From positions 64,001 to 128,000 of the forward strand of contig JAQBHB010000031.1 in NCBI GenBank assembly GCA_032128115.1: 64,000 nucleotides of DNA, in the 5' to 3' direction. Below are positions 1-10,095 of the stretch, in pieces. The DNA comes from Deltaproteobacteria bacterium. Its GTDB lineage: Bacteria > Myxococcota_A > UBA9160 > SMWR01. The notes under the pieces are model-generated. The model made no database searches. It was not told the origin of the DNA and saw nothing but the letters and a program-made list of their open reading frames with translations. The position numbers and the translations under genes are program-made. The stretch's first letter is position 1; each line of letters begins with the position of its first letter.

Positions 1-2
1 TG

Positions 3-368
3 CCTATCGAGAGCGTGTGTGCCGTGGCCCAACCCGAAGACGTGTCGCGCCTGCAGGCCGCAGCCGCGGAAATTCGCGTGGACGAGAGTGTTCGCGAGTA
101 CGCGGTTCGCATCACGCGCGCCACACGGGAGCGCCCGGACGTCTCCATCGGCGCCGGGCCCCGAGGCGCCATTGCCACCATCCGCGCGGCGCGTGCGGTG
201 GCTCTGCTCGCTGGCCGTGACTTCGTGCTTCCGGACGATCTCAAGTCGGTGGCGCTGCCCGCCCTTCGCCATCGGGTGCTGCTCTCTCCCGAGGCCGAAC
301 TCGAGGGGCGCACCGCGGACATGGTGGTGACGGCGGTGCTCGAGGAGGTGGAGGCCCCGCGCCGGTGA
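3..368 (+). CDS. MoxR-family AAA+ ATPase, C-terminal lid fragment (5' truncated by window edge)
   Basis: GAGPRGAIA..AARAVALLAGRDFVLPDDLK..ALPALRHRV is the MoxR AAA lid signature; frame is open from position 3; a DUF58 gene follows. Confidence 0.9.
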   Translation, partial: PIESVCAVAQPEDVSRLQAAAAEIRVDESVREYAVRITRATRERPDVSIGAGPRGAIATIRAARAVALLAGRDFVLPDDLKSVALPALRHRVLLSPEAELEGRTADMVVTAVLEEVEAPRR

Positions 369-1669
369 GCCCGTCGCGACGCACGCTGGCACTGCTCCTG
401 GCCTGGTTCGGCCTGGGAATCGCCGCCTCGCTCTCGTCGGATTTCGGACCCCTGTGGCTGGCGTCGGGCGTCGCCATCGCGGGCATCGTGTTGCTCGACG
501 TCCTGTGGACACAATGGACCCGGGTGCCTGACCTTGCACGCACGCTTCCCAGCGTGCTGCCCATGGGCGTCTGGAGCCCGGTTGCGCTCTCGTTGGAGAA
601 CACGAGCCGACGCTCCATCGCCCTGCGCCTGTTCGACCACCACCCGCCGGAAATGGCGATCGAAGGGCTTCCGGTGGAGCTCGTCCTGGCACCACAGACC
701 CGCACCCGGATCGACTACCGGCTGCGGCCGCTTGCGCGCGGCCGGCACCGCTTCGAGCCCGCCCAGATTCGCATGCGCTCGCGCCTGGGTCTGGTCGAGC
801 GCCACGCGAAGACGGGCCCCGTTCAGGAGGTTCGCGCCTACCCCAACTTCCGGGCCAGCATCGGGTACGAGCTGCTGGCGCTGGAGAACCGAACCGGAGC
901 GCTCGGCATCCGTCGGCGACCGCGGCGCGGCGAGGGCCTCGACTTCCACCAGTTGCGCGAATACCGCGCCGGCGACAGCCTGCGTCAGATCGACTGGAAG
1001 TCGACGGCGCGCCTGGGCAAGACCATCTCGCGCGAGTACCAGGACGAGCGCGACCAGCAGATCCTGTTCCTGCTGGATTGCGGCCGCCGCCTGCGTGCCA
1101 AGGACGGCGATCGCTCCCACTTCGACGCCGTGCTCGACGCGGTATTGCTGACGGCGCACGTGGCCATGCGCCAGGGCGACGCCGTGGGACTCATGACCTT
1201 CGGCGGCGAACGCCGCTGGCTCGCCCCCCGCAAGGGCTCGAGCCACCTGAACCGGCTCCTGAATGCGGTCTACGACCTCGAGCCCAGCTCCCAGGCCGCC
1301 GACTTCAACTCGGCGGCTCGCGACCTGGTCACGCGGGCTCGCAAGCGCGCCCTGGTGATCCTGATCTCGAATGTGCGCGACGAAGACACCGAAGAGCTGC
1401 AGATGAGTCTGCGCCTGCTGTCGCGGCGGCACCTGGTGCTGCTGGCGAGCCTGCGCGAGGAGGGGCTGGCCGAGGCCCTTCGCGCTCCGGTGCGTCGGCT
1501 CGAAGACGCCACGCGAGTCGCCTCGGTGCACCTCTACCTGGAGCAGCGGAAACGGGCGCTCCAGCAGCTGGGCCACGCCGGCGCGATCCTGCTGGACGGT
1601 CGCGCCGCCGAGCTTCCTGTGGCCCTGGTGAACCGTTACCTGGACGTGAAGGCCGCGGGCCTGCTCTAG
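365..1669 (+). CDS. DUF58 domain-containing protein (MoxR-associated, vWA-like)
   Basis: GEGLDFHQLREYRAGDSLRQIDWKSTAR motif; N-terminal TM pair; GTGA overlap with the MoxR gene. Confidence 0.92.
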   Translation: MSPSRRTLALLLAWFGLGIAASLSSDFGPLWLASGVAIAGIVLLDVLWTQWTRVPDLARTLPSVLPMGVWSPVALSLENTSRRSIALRLFDHHPPEMAIEGLPVELVLAPQTRTRIDYRLRPLARGRHRFEPAQIRMRSRLGLVERHAKTGPVQEVRAYPNFRASIGYELLALENRTGALGIRRRPRRGEGLDFHQLREYRAGDSLRQIDWKSTARLGKTISREYQDERDQQILFLLDCGRRLRAKDGDRSHFDAVLDAVLLTAHVAMRQGDAVGLMTFGGERRWLAPRKGSSHLNRLLNAVYDLEPSSQAADFNSAARDLVTRARKRALVILISNVRDEDTEELQMSLRLLSRRHLVLLASLREEGLAEALRAPVRRLEDATRVASVHLYLEQRKRALQQLGHAGAILLDGRAAELPVALVNRYLDVKAAGLL

Positions 1670-4071
1670 ACCGTTCCAGACATCGGGTACTGTCGCCGCG
1701 TCACCAGCATCAGCAAGGCGGGTGTGGCGGTGATGTCCAGCACGAAGGCGGAACCCACGGCGAATGCCGTGAGCACGCCGAAATCCCGCAGGTTGCCCAT
1801 GCTCGAGAGAACGAACACCAGGAATCCGCAGGTGAGCACCACCGACGTAAAGAGCAGCGCCCTGCCGGTGGTTTCGAGAGCCCGCTCCACGGCGCGCATC
1901 GGATCGCGCGTCTCTGCCAGGTAGCGGCGAAAGCCCGAGATCAGGTGGATGGTATCGTCCACCGCAAGGCCGATGGCGATGCAGCCGATCATGAGCGTGA
2001 ACATATCGAGAGTGATGTCCATCAGGGTCATGAGGGCCAGGGTCATGGCGATGGGGATCAGGTTCGGCACCATGGAAACCAGACCCGATCGCAGGCTTCC
2101 GATCAGCAGCATCATGAGCGGGGTGATCAGGATCAGCGCCAGGCTGTAGCTGCGGGCGAGGCTCCGGATCGTGGCACGCACGGTTCCCGTGATCACGGCG
2201 GACATGCCGGTGATGGTGATCTCGCCCGCGCTGCCCATGATCTCCGGAAATTCACGGGCGGCCCGGTCCAGGAGCCCCTCCAGCTCGAAGCCGTCCAGCC
2301 AGATGTTGCGCACGCTCATCCGCGCCACGCTGAACTGGGAGTCCACCAGCCGCTCCAGCTCGTCGTTTCCGCTGTTCTCGAACAGCAGCAGTTCCTGGGC
2401 CACGAGGCTTCGATCCTGTGGGATCGCGTAGAACTCGGAGCGGTTTTCGTTCAGTGCCTGGTGGCTCTCCTTGACGACGTCCAGCAGCGACGAGGTGCCG
2501 CGCACGGCGAGTCCCTCGTCGCGGTAGACGCCCACACGCCGGCGCACCTCCTCCATCCGGTTCAGCACGTCGGGCTCTTGCAGGCCGTTCTCGCGATCCG
2601 TGTCCACCACGAGCTCGATTGTCAGCGCGCCCCCCATGCGCTCGTCCACGTAGTTCATGGCGGTGCGGAAGTCGTGACTCTCGGGCAGGTACTCCAGGGG
2701 ATTGCTGGAGAAGCGCACCTGCGCGGCCAGACCGACGGAGATGACGCCCAGCGCCCCGACCACGAGCACTACCTTCCAGGGGTTGCGTGCCGCCATCATC
2801 CCGCAGGCCGAGAGCAACCGGTCGTGAAGCTCGCCGGCGGCGGCCTGGGGACGCGGCTTCATCGGTACCGCGGCCAGCAGGGCCGGCAGCAGCACCAGGG
2901 AGTAGACCAGGGTGGCGCCCACCCCCAGGGAGCCCACGATGCCAAACTCGTTGATGGGCGAGAGCTCCGCCGCCAGGAACGAAAGCATGCCCGCCACGGT
3001 CGTGACGCCCGTCATGAGAATCGGCAGGCCCGAATGTTCGAGCGCGTGCACGAGCGCCGCACGGCGATCGCCGTGCTCGTCCAGGTGCTGCAGGAAGATG
3101 GCGATCAGGTGCACCGAGTAGCCGATACCCACCGCCAGCAGGAACGAGGGCAGGATCTGGGACGAGAGCGTGAGGCCGATCCCCATCAGGTCCGATAATC
3201 CCATGGTGGTAACGATGGCCAGCACCACCACCGCGAGGGTCAGGAGCACCGGCGCGATCCTGCGGAACAATACGAACAGCAGACCGCCCATCACCAGGAG
3301 CGACACGCCGGAGAAGAGGGGCATCTCGCGCACCATGGCCATCTGCAGCTCGTATGGGAGCAATACGCTCCCCGCGATCTGGATCGGGAAGTCGGGGGCC
3401 TGGTACTCCGCCACCACGTCCTTCACCGCCCGCACGATCTCGGCATTCTCGTCTCCGTTCAGGAAGACGCGAGCCACCGGCGCAGCAGGAGATTCGTCGT
3501 CGAAGCCCGTCAGCAGATCGTCTCCCGAGCCCAGAGACGAATAGGCGTCGGTCTCGATGATGATGCTGGTGATGCGGCCGTCTGCAGAAATCACCCCGTC
3601 CAGGTAGGAGGGCGTGCTCATCACCCGCGCGCGCAGCGCCTCGAGGTCGGCGGCGGTTTGCGGCATCTCCTCCATCAGGTCCTCGACCACCAACTCGTCG
3701 CCCAGGCCGTAGATCGAGCGAATGTTGACCAGGCTCGTGACCCGGTCCAGGTAGGGAATGCGATCCGTGAGGTCCACGTGCAGGCGCCGCAGCGTTGCGA
3801 GGAACTCCAGGTCGAAAATACTCGGCGGCTCGATGGCGAGGATCACCAGTTGGTCGCGACCGAAGCGCTCGCGCAACTCGTCATAGGCCAGCTTCACCGG
3901 ATCGTGGCCACGCAGCCAGCTCTCGGTGGAGGTGTCGATCTCCACATAGGGCAGTCGGGTGGCCAGGCCCAGCGCCAGGCCCACCATGGCAAAGATGGTG
4001 AGGGCTCGATGGCCCGAGACCCACCCGCCCCAGGCGCCGAGAGCCTTTTCGATTCGTTGGCGCAGCGCCAT
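1666..4071 (-). CDS. MMPL/RND-superfamily transporter
   Basis: 801 aa; two repeats of TM + periplasmic domain + 5 TM; GIGYSVH and GLAVDDTIH motifs. Confidence 0.9.
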   Translation of the reverse strand: MALRQRIEKALGAWGGWVSGHRALTIFAMVGLALGLATRLPYVEIDTSTESWLRGHDPVKLAYDELRERFGRDQLVILAIEPPSIFDLEFLATLRRLHVDLTDRIPYLDRVTSLVNIRSIYGLGDELVVEDLMEEMPQTAADLEALRARVMSTPSYLDGVISADGRITSIIIETDAYSSLGSGDDLLTGFDDESPAAPVARVFLNGDENAEIVRAVKDVVAEYQAPDFPIQIAGSVLLPYELQMAMVREMPLFSGVSLLVMGGLLFVLFRRIAPVLLTLAVVVLAIVTTMGLSDLMGIGLTLSSQILPSFLLAVGIGYSVHLIAIFLQHLDEHGDRRAALVHALEHSGLPILMTGVTTVAGMLSFLAAELSPINEFGIVGSLGVGATLVYSLVLLPALLAAVPMKPRPQAAAGELHDRLLSACGMMAARNPWKVVLVVGALGVISVGLAAQVRFSSNPLEYLPESHDFRTAMNYVDERMGGALTIELVVDTDRENGLQEPDVLNRMEEVRRRVGVYRDEGLAVRGTSSLLDVVKESHQALNENRSEFYAIPQDRSLVAQELLLFENSGNDELERLVDSQFSVARMSVRNIWLDGFELEGLLDRAAREFPEIMGSAGEITITGMSAVITGTVRATIRSLARSYSLALILITPLMMLLIGSLRSGLVSMVPNLIPIAMTLALMTLMDITLDMFTLMIGCIAIGLAVDDTIHLISGFRRYLAETRDPMRAVERALETTGRALLFTSVVLTCGFLVFVLSSMGNLRDFGVLTAFAVGSAFVLDITATPALLMLVTRRQYPMSGTV

Positions 4072-4083
4072 GCGGCGGAGATG

Positions 4084-7000
4084 CTAGTCGAAGGCCGCTT
4101 CCAGGCGCGAGAGCACCTGCTCCTCGGAGCGCGAGATGGCACCCAGACCCATCACGCCGCCGGCCGAAGTGGCGACATCCCGGGCGTGACCCAGGATGCC
4201 ACTGCGCAGGCGCAGTCTCGCCTCGACGCTGAGTGCCCCGCACACCGTTTCGATATACGAACGCCAGAGCGCGTCCAGGCCCGGATCCGGCGGGCGCTCG
4301 AGCCACACCCGCAGCAGACCGAAGCTGGGGCTTTCCGGGTCGATGCCACTGGATTCGGCGCCCGCCAGGATCGCGCGCTTCTCGCGCTCGTCCATGTGTC
4401 CGTCCGCCCAGGCCACCTGCACCAGCGGAATCAGCGTGAGGGCGGCCAGGGTCTCGGCGCCGATTCCCAGGCGCGTCAGGCCTGCGACCAGCTCCGCAGG
4501 GTCCGGCTTCCCGGGCGCCGTCTTGCCGGCGTCGCGATCGCCCAGTCGTGAGCGAAACGCGTCCGCCTCGCGTTGGAAGAACGCGTCTTCGAGGGCCCGC
4601 CCCCGGGTCTCGAGCCGCGCCTGGCGGGCGGCATCCACGGGCGCGCCTCCCATTCGGACGCGTTCGCGCTGGGTGGCGCGGGTCATGCGTTCGGCGAGCA
4701 TGGCATTCAGGTTGCGGAACACCACCGCGGCCACCCGCGGGTAGCGCCGCCCCAGCTGGTCGATGGAGGCCTGGTCCAGGCGCAGCAGGCGCGCGTCCGA
4801 AAGCACATCCACGTCAGCGGTGCGGTTTTCGTGGAAGAGACCGATCTCGCCGCACACGCCGCCCCGCTCATGGGTCGCCAGCTCCACCCGTTCGCCGCCC
4901 TGGTGCAGGCTCGCCTGCAGGCGCCCCTGGATCACCACATAGAGCGAATCGCCCGGCTCACCGGCCTCGAACAGACGCCGCCCCGACGGCACGTCGAGCA
5001 TGCTGGCCATGAGCGCCACGATCCGCGCCTGACGGGCCGAGAGGCCACGGAACAACGGGATCGAATGCTGAGGATCCCGCCCCAGATCGATGGTGAGCAG
5101 ATCCCACAGGGTGGCGACGCGGAGCCTGGCACACAGCGCCGGCGTCAACACCATGTCGGTGGCCCAGGCGAACGCCAGCGCCAACGCCGCCATGTTGCCC
5201 AGGGTGGCAAGCGTGGCCAACTCGCTGGCGTTCAGGGTCAGGAAGCCCAGGCACAGGGCCAGGCTCGTGAGCGTGACGGGGCGCCCGACGGACTTCAGCG
5301 CCGAGATGGCGGCCCGCCCCTCGTCGCCCAGGCGCCGCGACTCGCGGATGAAGCGCGCGAAGTAGTGGATGGTGTCGTCGACCGCGATCCCGAGCACCAT
5401 GGGGGCCACCAGACTCATGCCCGGATCCAGGCGTATCCCCGTGAGTCCCAGGGCGCCGAAGTAGAAGGCCACGGGCAATGCGTTGGGGATCAACGCGATC
5501 AGGCCGATCCGAAGCGAAACGAACATGGCCGCCAGGATCGCGTAGATGATCAGAAACGCCGCCACGACGCTGGTGGCCTGGCCCCGGATGATGGCATCGA
5601 GCGCGCCGTTGAAGACGATACTCGTCCCCGTGACCGTGGCCAGCATGCGACGCGGGAGTTCGGCGAGGCGCGCCTCGATGCGCCGGGTGAGATCGGACAC
5701 TTCCTGGGAATCCATCACCCGGGCGCGAACCTGGATGCTGGCGGTGCGGTAGCGCGCGTCCACGAAGCGGTCCAGCTCGTCGCTGCCGCCGAAGACCAGG
5801 AGCTGACGCACGGTGCTGCGTTTTTCTGGAATTGCAAAGTACGACGGATCGTTGCCGTTGAAACCGCGGTTGATGAGCTTGATGTAGTCCACCATCGACG
5901 CGGTGCCGCCGATCTCGGGCTGGAGTTCCAGCCAGGTCTGGAGCGCATCGATCTGGCCCAGATCGTCCGGGTCCAGCAGCCCCTCGGGCACCTCGCTCTC
6001 GATCACCACGTGGAAGAGGTTCGAGCCCTGCAGGTTCTCGTTGATGGCCTCGAAATCCACGCGCACCGGAGCGTCCGGGCGAAACTTCCCGATCTGGTCG
6101 GTCCCCACCTGCAGCCGGCTCGCGCCGAACAGGGCCAGCGCGAACAGGCCGGCGGCCCCGATGAAGATGGGGCGGCGATTCGACACCGCGAAGCGGCCCA
6201 CCCGCTCGACCCCGCGATCGAAGCTCCAGGCGGAACGCCGCGGGCGCCACGCCCGCACGCGCCGGGGGGGACCCAGCAGCGCCAGACAGGCCGGCGTGAA
6301 CGTGAGCGAGGCCACCACGGTGCAGGCCACGCCCACCACCGACAGCAGACCGAACTCGCGCACGGCGCCCAGGGGGCTCAGGCACAGGGATGCGAATCCC
6401 ACGGCGGTGGTGAGCCCGGTGATGACCACGGGCAGCGAAACCCGCGACAACACCTCTTCCACCGGCCCGCCCGCCAGTGGGTCGTCCCGCACCACGTCGT
6501 AGTACTCGGCCACGACGTGCACCGAATAGGAGAGTGCCAGGGTGGTGAGCAGCGGGGGAATCATGGAGGTGACCGCATTCAGGTCGAAGCCCAGCACCAC
6601 CACCCACGCCAGCGTCCACGCCACCGAGACGGCGATCGTGGCCAGGGGCAGCAGGACACCCCGGAGTGTGCGAAAGCTCGCGGCCAGCACGGCGCTCAGC
6701 ACCGCCAGCATCAGCAGCGGAAGCGTCAGGGTCTCGCGCATGAACACGGCGGCGGTTTCGGCGCGCACGTGGGGTCCGCCAGTGATCCAGAACTCGACTC
6801 CTGGCTCGCCGCCGATCTCCTCCCGGGTGCCCTGCCCGATGCGGCCATTCAGCCCCGAGGACACGTACTCCTTGTGCGACATGTCGTCGAAGTAGACCAC
6901 CAGCACGCTGGTGCGTGCGTCCCGCGAGACCAGGCTCCCGGCGAAGAAGGGGTTGTCCATCACCTGCTCGCGCAGGTCCGAAAGGGCCTCGGGCGACAGC

Positions 7001-7398
7001 GGGAGGCCGGACACGAATGGCGCGATCTCCAGGTCGTCGTCGACCCCGCGCACGTTCACGGCATTCGTGAGCGAGAGAACGTGGTGCACACCCGCAAGCT
7101 TCTCGAGCCGTCGGGTGAGGCGATCGATGCGCGCAAGACTCGCGTTGTCAAAGGCGTCGCCGCCGTGGACGGCCACCAACAGCGTTTCGTCGCTGCCGAA
7201 CATGTGGCGGACGTGGTCGTAGAATGCCCGGGCGGCGTCGCCTTCGGGAAGCAGGCGGTCGGCCGACGCATCCACGCCCAGGCGCACCGCGCCACTTCGC
7301 AGGTCGACGATGGCCGACACCGAAAGCGCCGTGAGGGCCAGGCAGGCGGCGAACACGAGGCCCGCGTGCCGGGGAACCAGCGCGAACAGCTTCCCCAC
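4084..7398 (-). CDS. MMPL/RND transporter fused to a cyclic-nucleotide-binding domain and a C-terminal TerB-like domain
   Basis: MMPL core (GIAVDDTIHY); then IPLFRGL..GEPGDSLYVVIQG..GEIGLF..RTA (cNMP fold); then VAWADGHMDEREKRAI..SEEQVL (TerB-like). Confidence 0.85.
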   Translation of the reverse strand: MGKLFALVPRHAGLVFAACLALTALSVSAIVDLRSGAVRLGVDASADRLLPEGDAARAFYDHVRHMFGSDETLLVAVHGGDAFDNASLARIDRLTRRLEKLAGVHHVLSLTNAVNVRGVDDDLEIAPFVSGLPLSPEALSDLREQVMDNPFFAGSLVSRDARTSVLVVYFDDMSHKEYVSSGLNGRIGQGTREEIGGEPGVEFWITGGPHVRAETAAVFMRETLTLPLLMLAVLSAVLAASFRTLRGVLLPLATIAVSVAWTLAWVVVLGFDLNAVTSMIPPLLTTLALSYSVHVVAEYYDVVRDDPLAGGPVEEVLSRVSLPVVITGLTTAVGFASLCLSPLGAVREFGLLSVVGVACTVVASLTFTPACLALLGPPRRVRAWRPRRSAWSFDRGVERVGRFAVSNRRPIFIGAAGLFALALFGASRLQVGTDQIGKFRPDAPVRVDFEAINENLQGSNLFHVVIESEVPEGLLDPDDLGQIDALQTWLELQPEIGGTASMVDYIKLINRGFNGNDPSYFAIPEKRSTVRQLLVFGGSDELDRFVDARYRTASIQVRARVMDSQEVSDLTRRIEARLAELPRRMLATVTGTSIVFNGALDAIIRGQATSVVAAFLIIYAILAAMFVSLRIGLIALIPNALPVAFYFGALGLTGIRLDPGMSLVAPMVLGIAVDDTIHYFARFIRESRRLGDEGRAAISALKSVGRPVTLTSLALCLGFLTLNASELATLATLGNMAALALAFAWATDMVLTPALCARLRVATLWDLLTIDLGRDPQHSIPLFRGLSARQARIVALMASMLDVPSGRRLFEAGEPGDSLYVVIQGRLQASLHQGGERVELATHERGGVCGEIGLFHENRTADVDVLSDARLLRLDQASIDQLGRRYPRVAAVVFRNLNAMLAERMTRATQRERVRMGGAPVDAARQARLETRGRALEDAFFQREADAFRSRLGDRDAGKTAPGKPDPAELVAGLTRLGIGAETLAALTLIPLVQVAWADGHMDEREKRAILAGAESSGIDPESPSFGLLRVWLERPPDPGLDALWRSYIETVCGALSVEARLRLRSGILGHARDVATSAGGVMGLGAISRSEEQVLSRLEAAFD

Positions 7399-7407
7399 GC
7401 CCGGAGG

Positions 7408-8211
7408 CTACTCGGCCCGGGGACGCTGGAGGTAGGAAGTCGAAAAGATCTTGAGGGGGACGTCGACTCCGACTTCGACCTCGGACAACACCAGCCGGGT
7501 CGACGTCTTGTCCCGCAGATCTTCCATGGTCAGGCGCTGGGGAATGCGTGCGCCTGCGGTTTCCAGGATCGACGTCGGATCGATGGTCAGGACCTTGCGC
7601 AGGCGGTCATCCGATTCGTACATCTCGCTCTTGAGAGGCACGCAGGTTTCCCGGGCTACGTAGGTCACCACCCGCTCGTAGGCCGATCCCGCCTCGGCCG
7701 CAGGGCGGTACTCCAACACGAAGACCGGCGTGCCATCCAGGTCGCCGTCGGCCTGTCGCGCAACGTCGCCCTCTGCGGCCATGCCCTGCACCTGCTGGAA
7801 GTCCTCGTAGGTGAAGTCGCTCCCGAAGAGCGAGCCGGAGAGCATGCGCGAAGTCACTCGCTTCACCTTCCGCAGGTCGGGCAGGTAGACGAACATGTCG
7901 GCGCCCGACTCCTTCTCCACCAGGAGCAGACCCGCACCCTTCAGGTCCGAAGGCTCGCGCAGTCGCACCATCACCTTGGAGAGCCCGTCGTCGAAGCGGC
8001 GCCACGAAACCCGGCCGGTGAGGCTACGCCCGCCGCCGGCGCGATCGGTGGACTGGAATTCGATGGTCTGACGGCTCGACTCAGCTGGCAGATTGCGCTG
8101 TACGCAGTCCACCACTTCCTTTACGGCGTCGTCTGCGGCGGGTGCAACCGCAGCGGTCACGACCAGGAGCAGCGGTGAGATCACGACCAGTGCGTCGCGC
8201 AGGGGCTTCAT
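7408..8211 (-). CDS. Outer-membrane lipoprotein-sorting (LolA-like) periplasmic protein
   Basis: Signal peptide; EPSDLKGAGLL..MFVYLPDLRKVKRV..SLFGSDFTYEDF, typical of LolA-like proteins found next to MMPL genes. Confidence 0.85.
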   Translation of the reverse strand: MKPLRDALVVISPLLLVVTAAVAPAADDAVKEVVDCVQRNLPAESSRQTIEFQSTDRAGGGRSLTGRVSWRRFDDGLSKVMVRLREPSDLKGAGLLLVEKESGADMFVYLPDLRKVKRVTSRMLSGSLFGSDFTYEDFQQVQGMAAEGDVARQADGDLDGTPVFVLEYRPAAEAGSAYERVVTYVARETCVPLKSEMYESDDRLRKVLTIDPTSILETAGARIPQRLTMEDLRDKTSTRLVLSEVEVGVDVPLKIFSTSYLQRPRAE

Positions 8212-8218
8212 GGCTGGC

Positions 8219-9325
8219 TCATTTCCCCTCGTCCCAGAGAGAAAGCACCTGCCCCCGGTCGGGCGGGATGCGCCCCTCCAGGGTGTCGCGGTAGATCGAC
8301 TCCACCGCCGCGCGGCCGCGGCCCTCCACCACCTGTACGCATCCGCCGCTTCGGGCGAGGAAGTCGCTCCAGGCCCCGCCCACCCGCTCCTGGAGGCCGC
8401 CGGGGCCCCACTCCTCGCTGCGCTTCTGGCCCTGGGCCGGCGCGAAGAAGAAGGCGGGAGACGGGCCCGGCAGGCTTGCGGGGCCCGGCGCGGCTTCCCA
8501 GTGGGTCGCTCCCACCCGACAGCTGTGCTTCAGGTGATCGCCGAAGTGTCCATGCACGGCACCCGTCACGGCGCCGTTGCCCGCCATGTCCACGAAGAGG
8601 GTGGCGCGGTCGCCGGCCAGCGACTCGATCTGGTCGTAGACCACCACCCGGTCGTAGCAACCCAGCCCTTCCACGAACGACACGTTCGCCGGCGACGTGA
8701 GGCCCACCACTTCGATCCCGGGGCGGCGGTCGCCTGCGAGCAGGTGGGCCAGGGCGATGGCGGTCTTGCTCGAAGCGCTGGCGAGCACCACGGAGGTGGC
8801 TCCGAAGAAGTCCGCCTCGGCGAAGGAATCATCCAGCAGGAACGCCGTCAGGAAGAGCGGACGGAACAGCATCTGCTGGGCCTCGCTCTGCGGCGTGTAA
8901 CCCGGATCCTCGCCGCAGCGCAGGTAGCGGTTGTAGAAGGCGGGCAACGACTTGCGGTGCGGCGCCGCATCCGTGAAGCCCCCGCCGGACACGGAGCCCG
9001 CCTGCACCAGCAGGTGCGTCGACATGGGCCAGTAACCGAAGAAGCGCTCGCCGGGGCTCACGCCCTCGGCAGTGGAAGCCAGCACGTCGCCGAATCCCCA
9101 GACCGGCACGCGCCCCCAGCCCTCGCGCGTAGGAAAGAAATCCCAGTACGACATGGCGCTGCCGAACACCGCGTAGCTGATGTTGTTGGCCGTGAACCCG
9201 AAGCGATCCACGCGCAGCAGCACCTGGTCGCCCTGCAGGGTGCGGGCTTCGGGGGGCGGGGCTTGCGCGAAATCGCAGCGACGAAGATCGTCGCGATCCA
9301 CCACGAAATCGAGGCCAAAGGACAT
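8219..9325 (-). CDS. DUF2855 family protein
   Basis: FGFTANNISYA..YWDFFP..VPVWGF..GYWPMSTHL..RPLFLTAFLL..SASSKTA motifs. Confidence 0.85.
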   Translation of the reverse strand: MSFGLDFVVDRDDLRRCDFAQAPPPEARTLQGDQVLLRVDRFGFTANNISYAVFGSAMSYWDFFPTREGWGRVPVWGFGDVLASTAEGVSPGERFFGYWPMSTHLLVQAGSVSGGGFTDAAPHRKSLPAFYNRYLRCGEDPGYTPQSEAQQMLFRPLFLTAFLLDDSFAEADFFGATSVVLASASSKTAIALAHLLAGDRRPGIEVVGLTSPANVSFVEGLGCYDRVVVYDQIESLAGDRATLFVDMAGNGAVTGAVHGHFGDHLKHSCRVGATHWEAAPGPASLPGPSPAFFFAPAQGQKRSEEWGPGGLQERVGGAWSDFLARSGGCVQVVEGRGRAAVESIYRDTLEGRIPPDRGQVLSLWDEGK

Positions 9326-9411
9326 ACCCGCTCACCTCCCGTGAATCCCGAAGCACAGCGTACTCGACCGGGGCGGCCGACGGGTCAGATTCTAACGCGA
9401 CGGCCCTTCGA

Positions 9412-10095
9412 CTAGAAGCGGTACTGGAAGCTGGCGCCGACGGTTCCCATGTTCGCGCCGTCCACCACGCCCACGGGGACGATGTAGGTCCCCTCGAGCG
9501 TGAGTACCCAGTGTTCGCTGGCGTAGAAGTCGAGGCCCAATCCGAAGCGCGGCGCGAACCCGTAGTCGATGTCCCACGGCTTCGGCGTCAGGTCCACGAT
9601 CTCCTTGTTGAAGATCAGAAGGCTCGCGCCCAGCAGGCCGTAGGGCTGCCAACGTCCGGTGGCCGCGAAGACCTTTGCGTTCAGGCTCAGGAGGTGCGTA
9701 TCGATCTCGATGCCATCCGAGCCGGGCACCACCACTGCCGGGTTCGACGAATCGAACCCCGCCTGCCACTGGTAGTCGAACTCGACCGCCACGCGGGGAC
9801 ACACCCGGTAGCCGGCCCGGAAATCCACCCCTCCGCTGTTGTCGAATTTCGGGTCGGTGGCGGCGGGTTCCGGGGGCACGGTCCCGAGCTGGGTGGTGTC
9901 CATGGAGATGTCCTCGATGGCGTAGATGCCGCCCAGACCCAGATACCAGCCCGACCGGGCGTAGTCCGGCTCCGGGAACTCGGCGTGGGCGGGGCCGGCG
10001 CCTGCCGCGAGCGCTGCAATGCCCGCGGCAGCGCAGGCCAGTGCCCGTCCGAATGTCGTAGCAACGCGTCGTGTGCTCGCCTCTCTGTTCAGCAT
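9412..10095 (-). CDS. Outer-membrane beta-barrel (porin/OmpA-TM-like) protein
   Basis: Start reassigned to ATG at 10095, overlapping the BVMO stop; signal peptide ending AHA; amphipathic strands; C-terminal QYRF. Confidence 0.8.
   Translation of the reverse strand: MLNREASTRRVATTFGRALACAAAGIAALAAGAGPAHAEFPEPDYARSGWYLGLGGIYAIEDISMDTTQLGTVPPEPAATDPKFDNSGGVDFRAGYRVCPRVAVEFDYQWQAGFDSSNPAVVVPGSDGIEIDTHLLSLNAKVFAATGRWQPYGLLGASLLIFNKEIVDLTPKPWDIDYGFAPRFGLGLDFYASEHWVLTLEGTYIVPVGVVDGANMGTVGASFQYRF

Noticed and set aside
3..1669. Functional link between MoxR/DUF58 and the vWA motor locus
   Set aside because: About 29 kb apart; MoxR-DUF58 forms its own common operon
4573..8178. 1201-aa plus-strand ORF, and similar long ORFs at 1078-3198, 10071-12035, 38283-41357, 45250-47760 and 52138-55413
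   Set aside because: Antisense shadows of well-supported genes; stop-codon scarcity in high-GC DNA; no recognisable motifs
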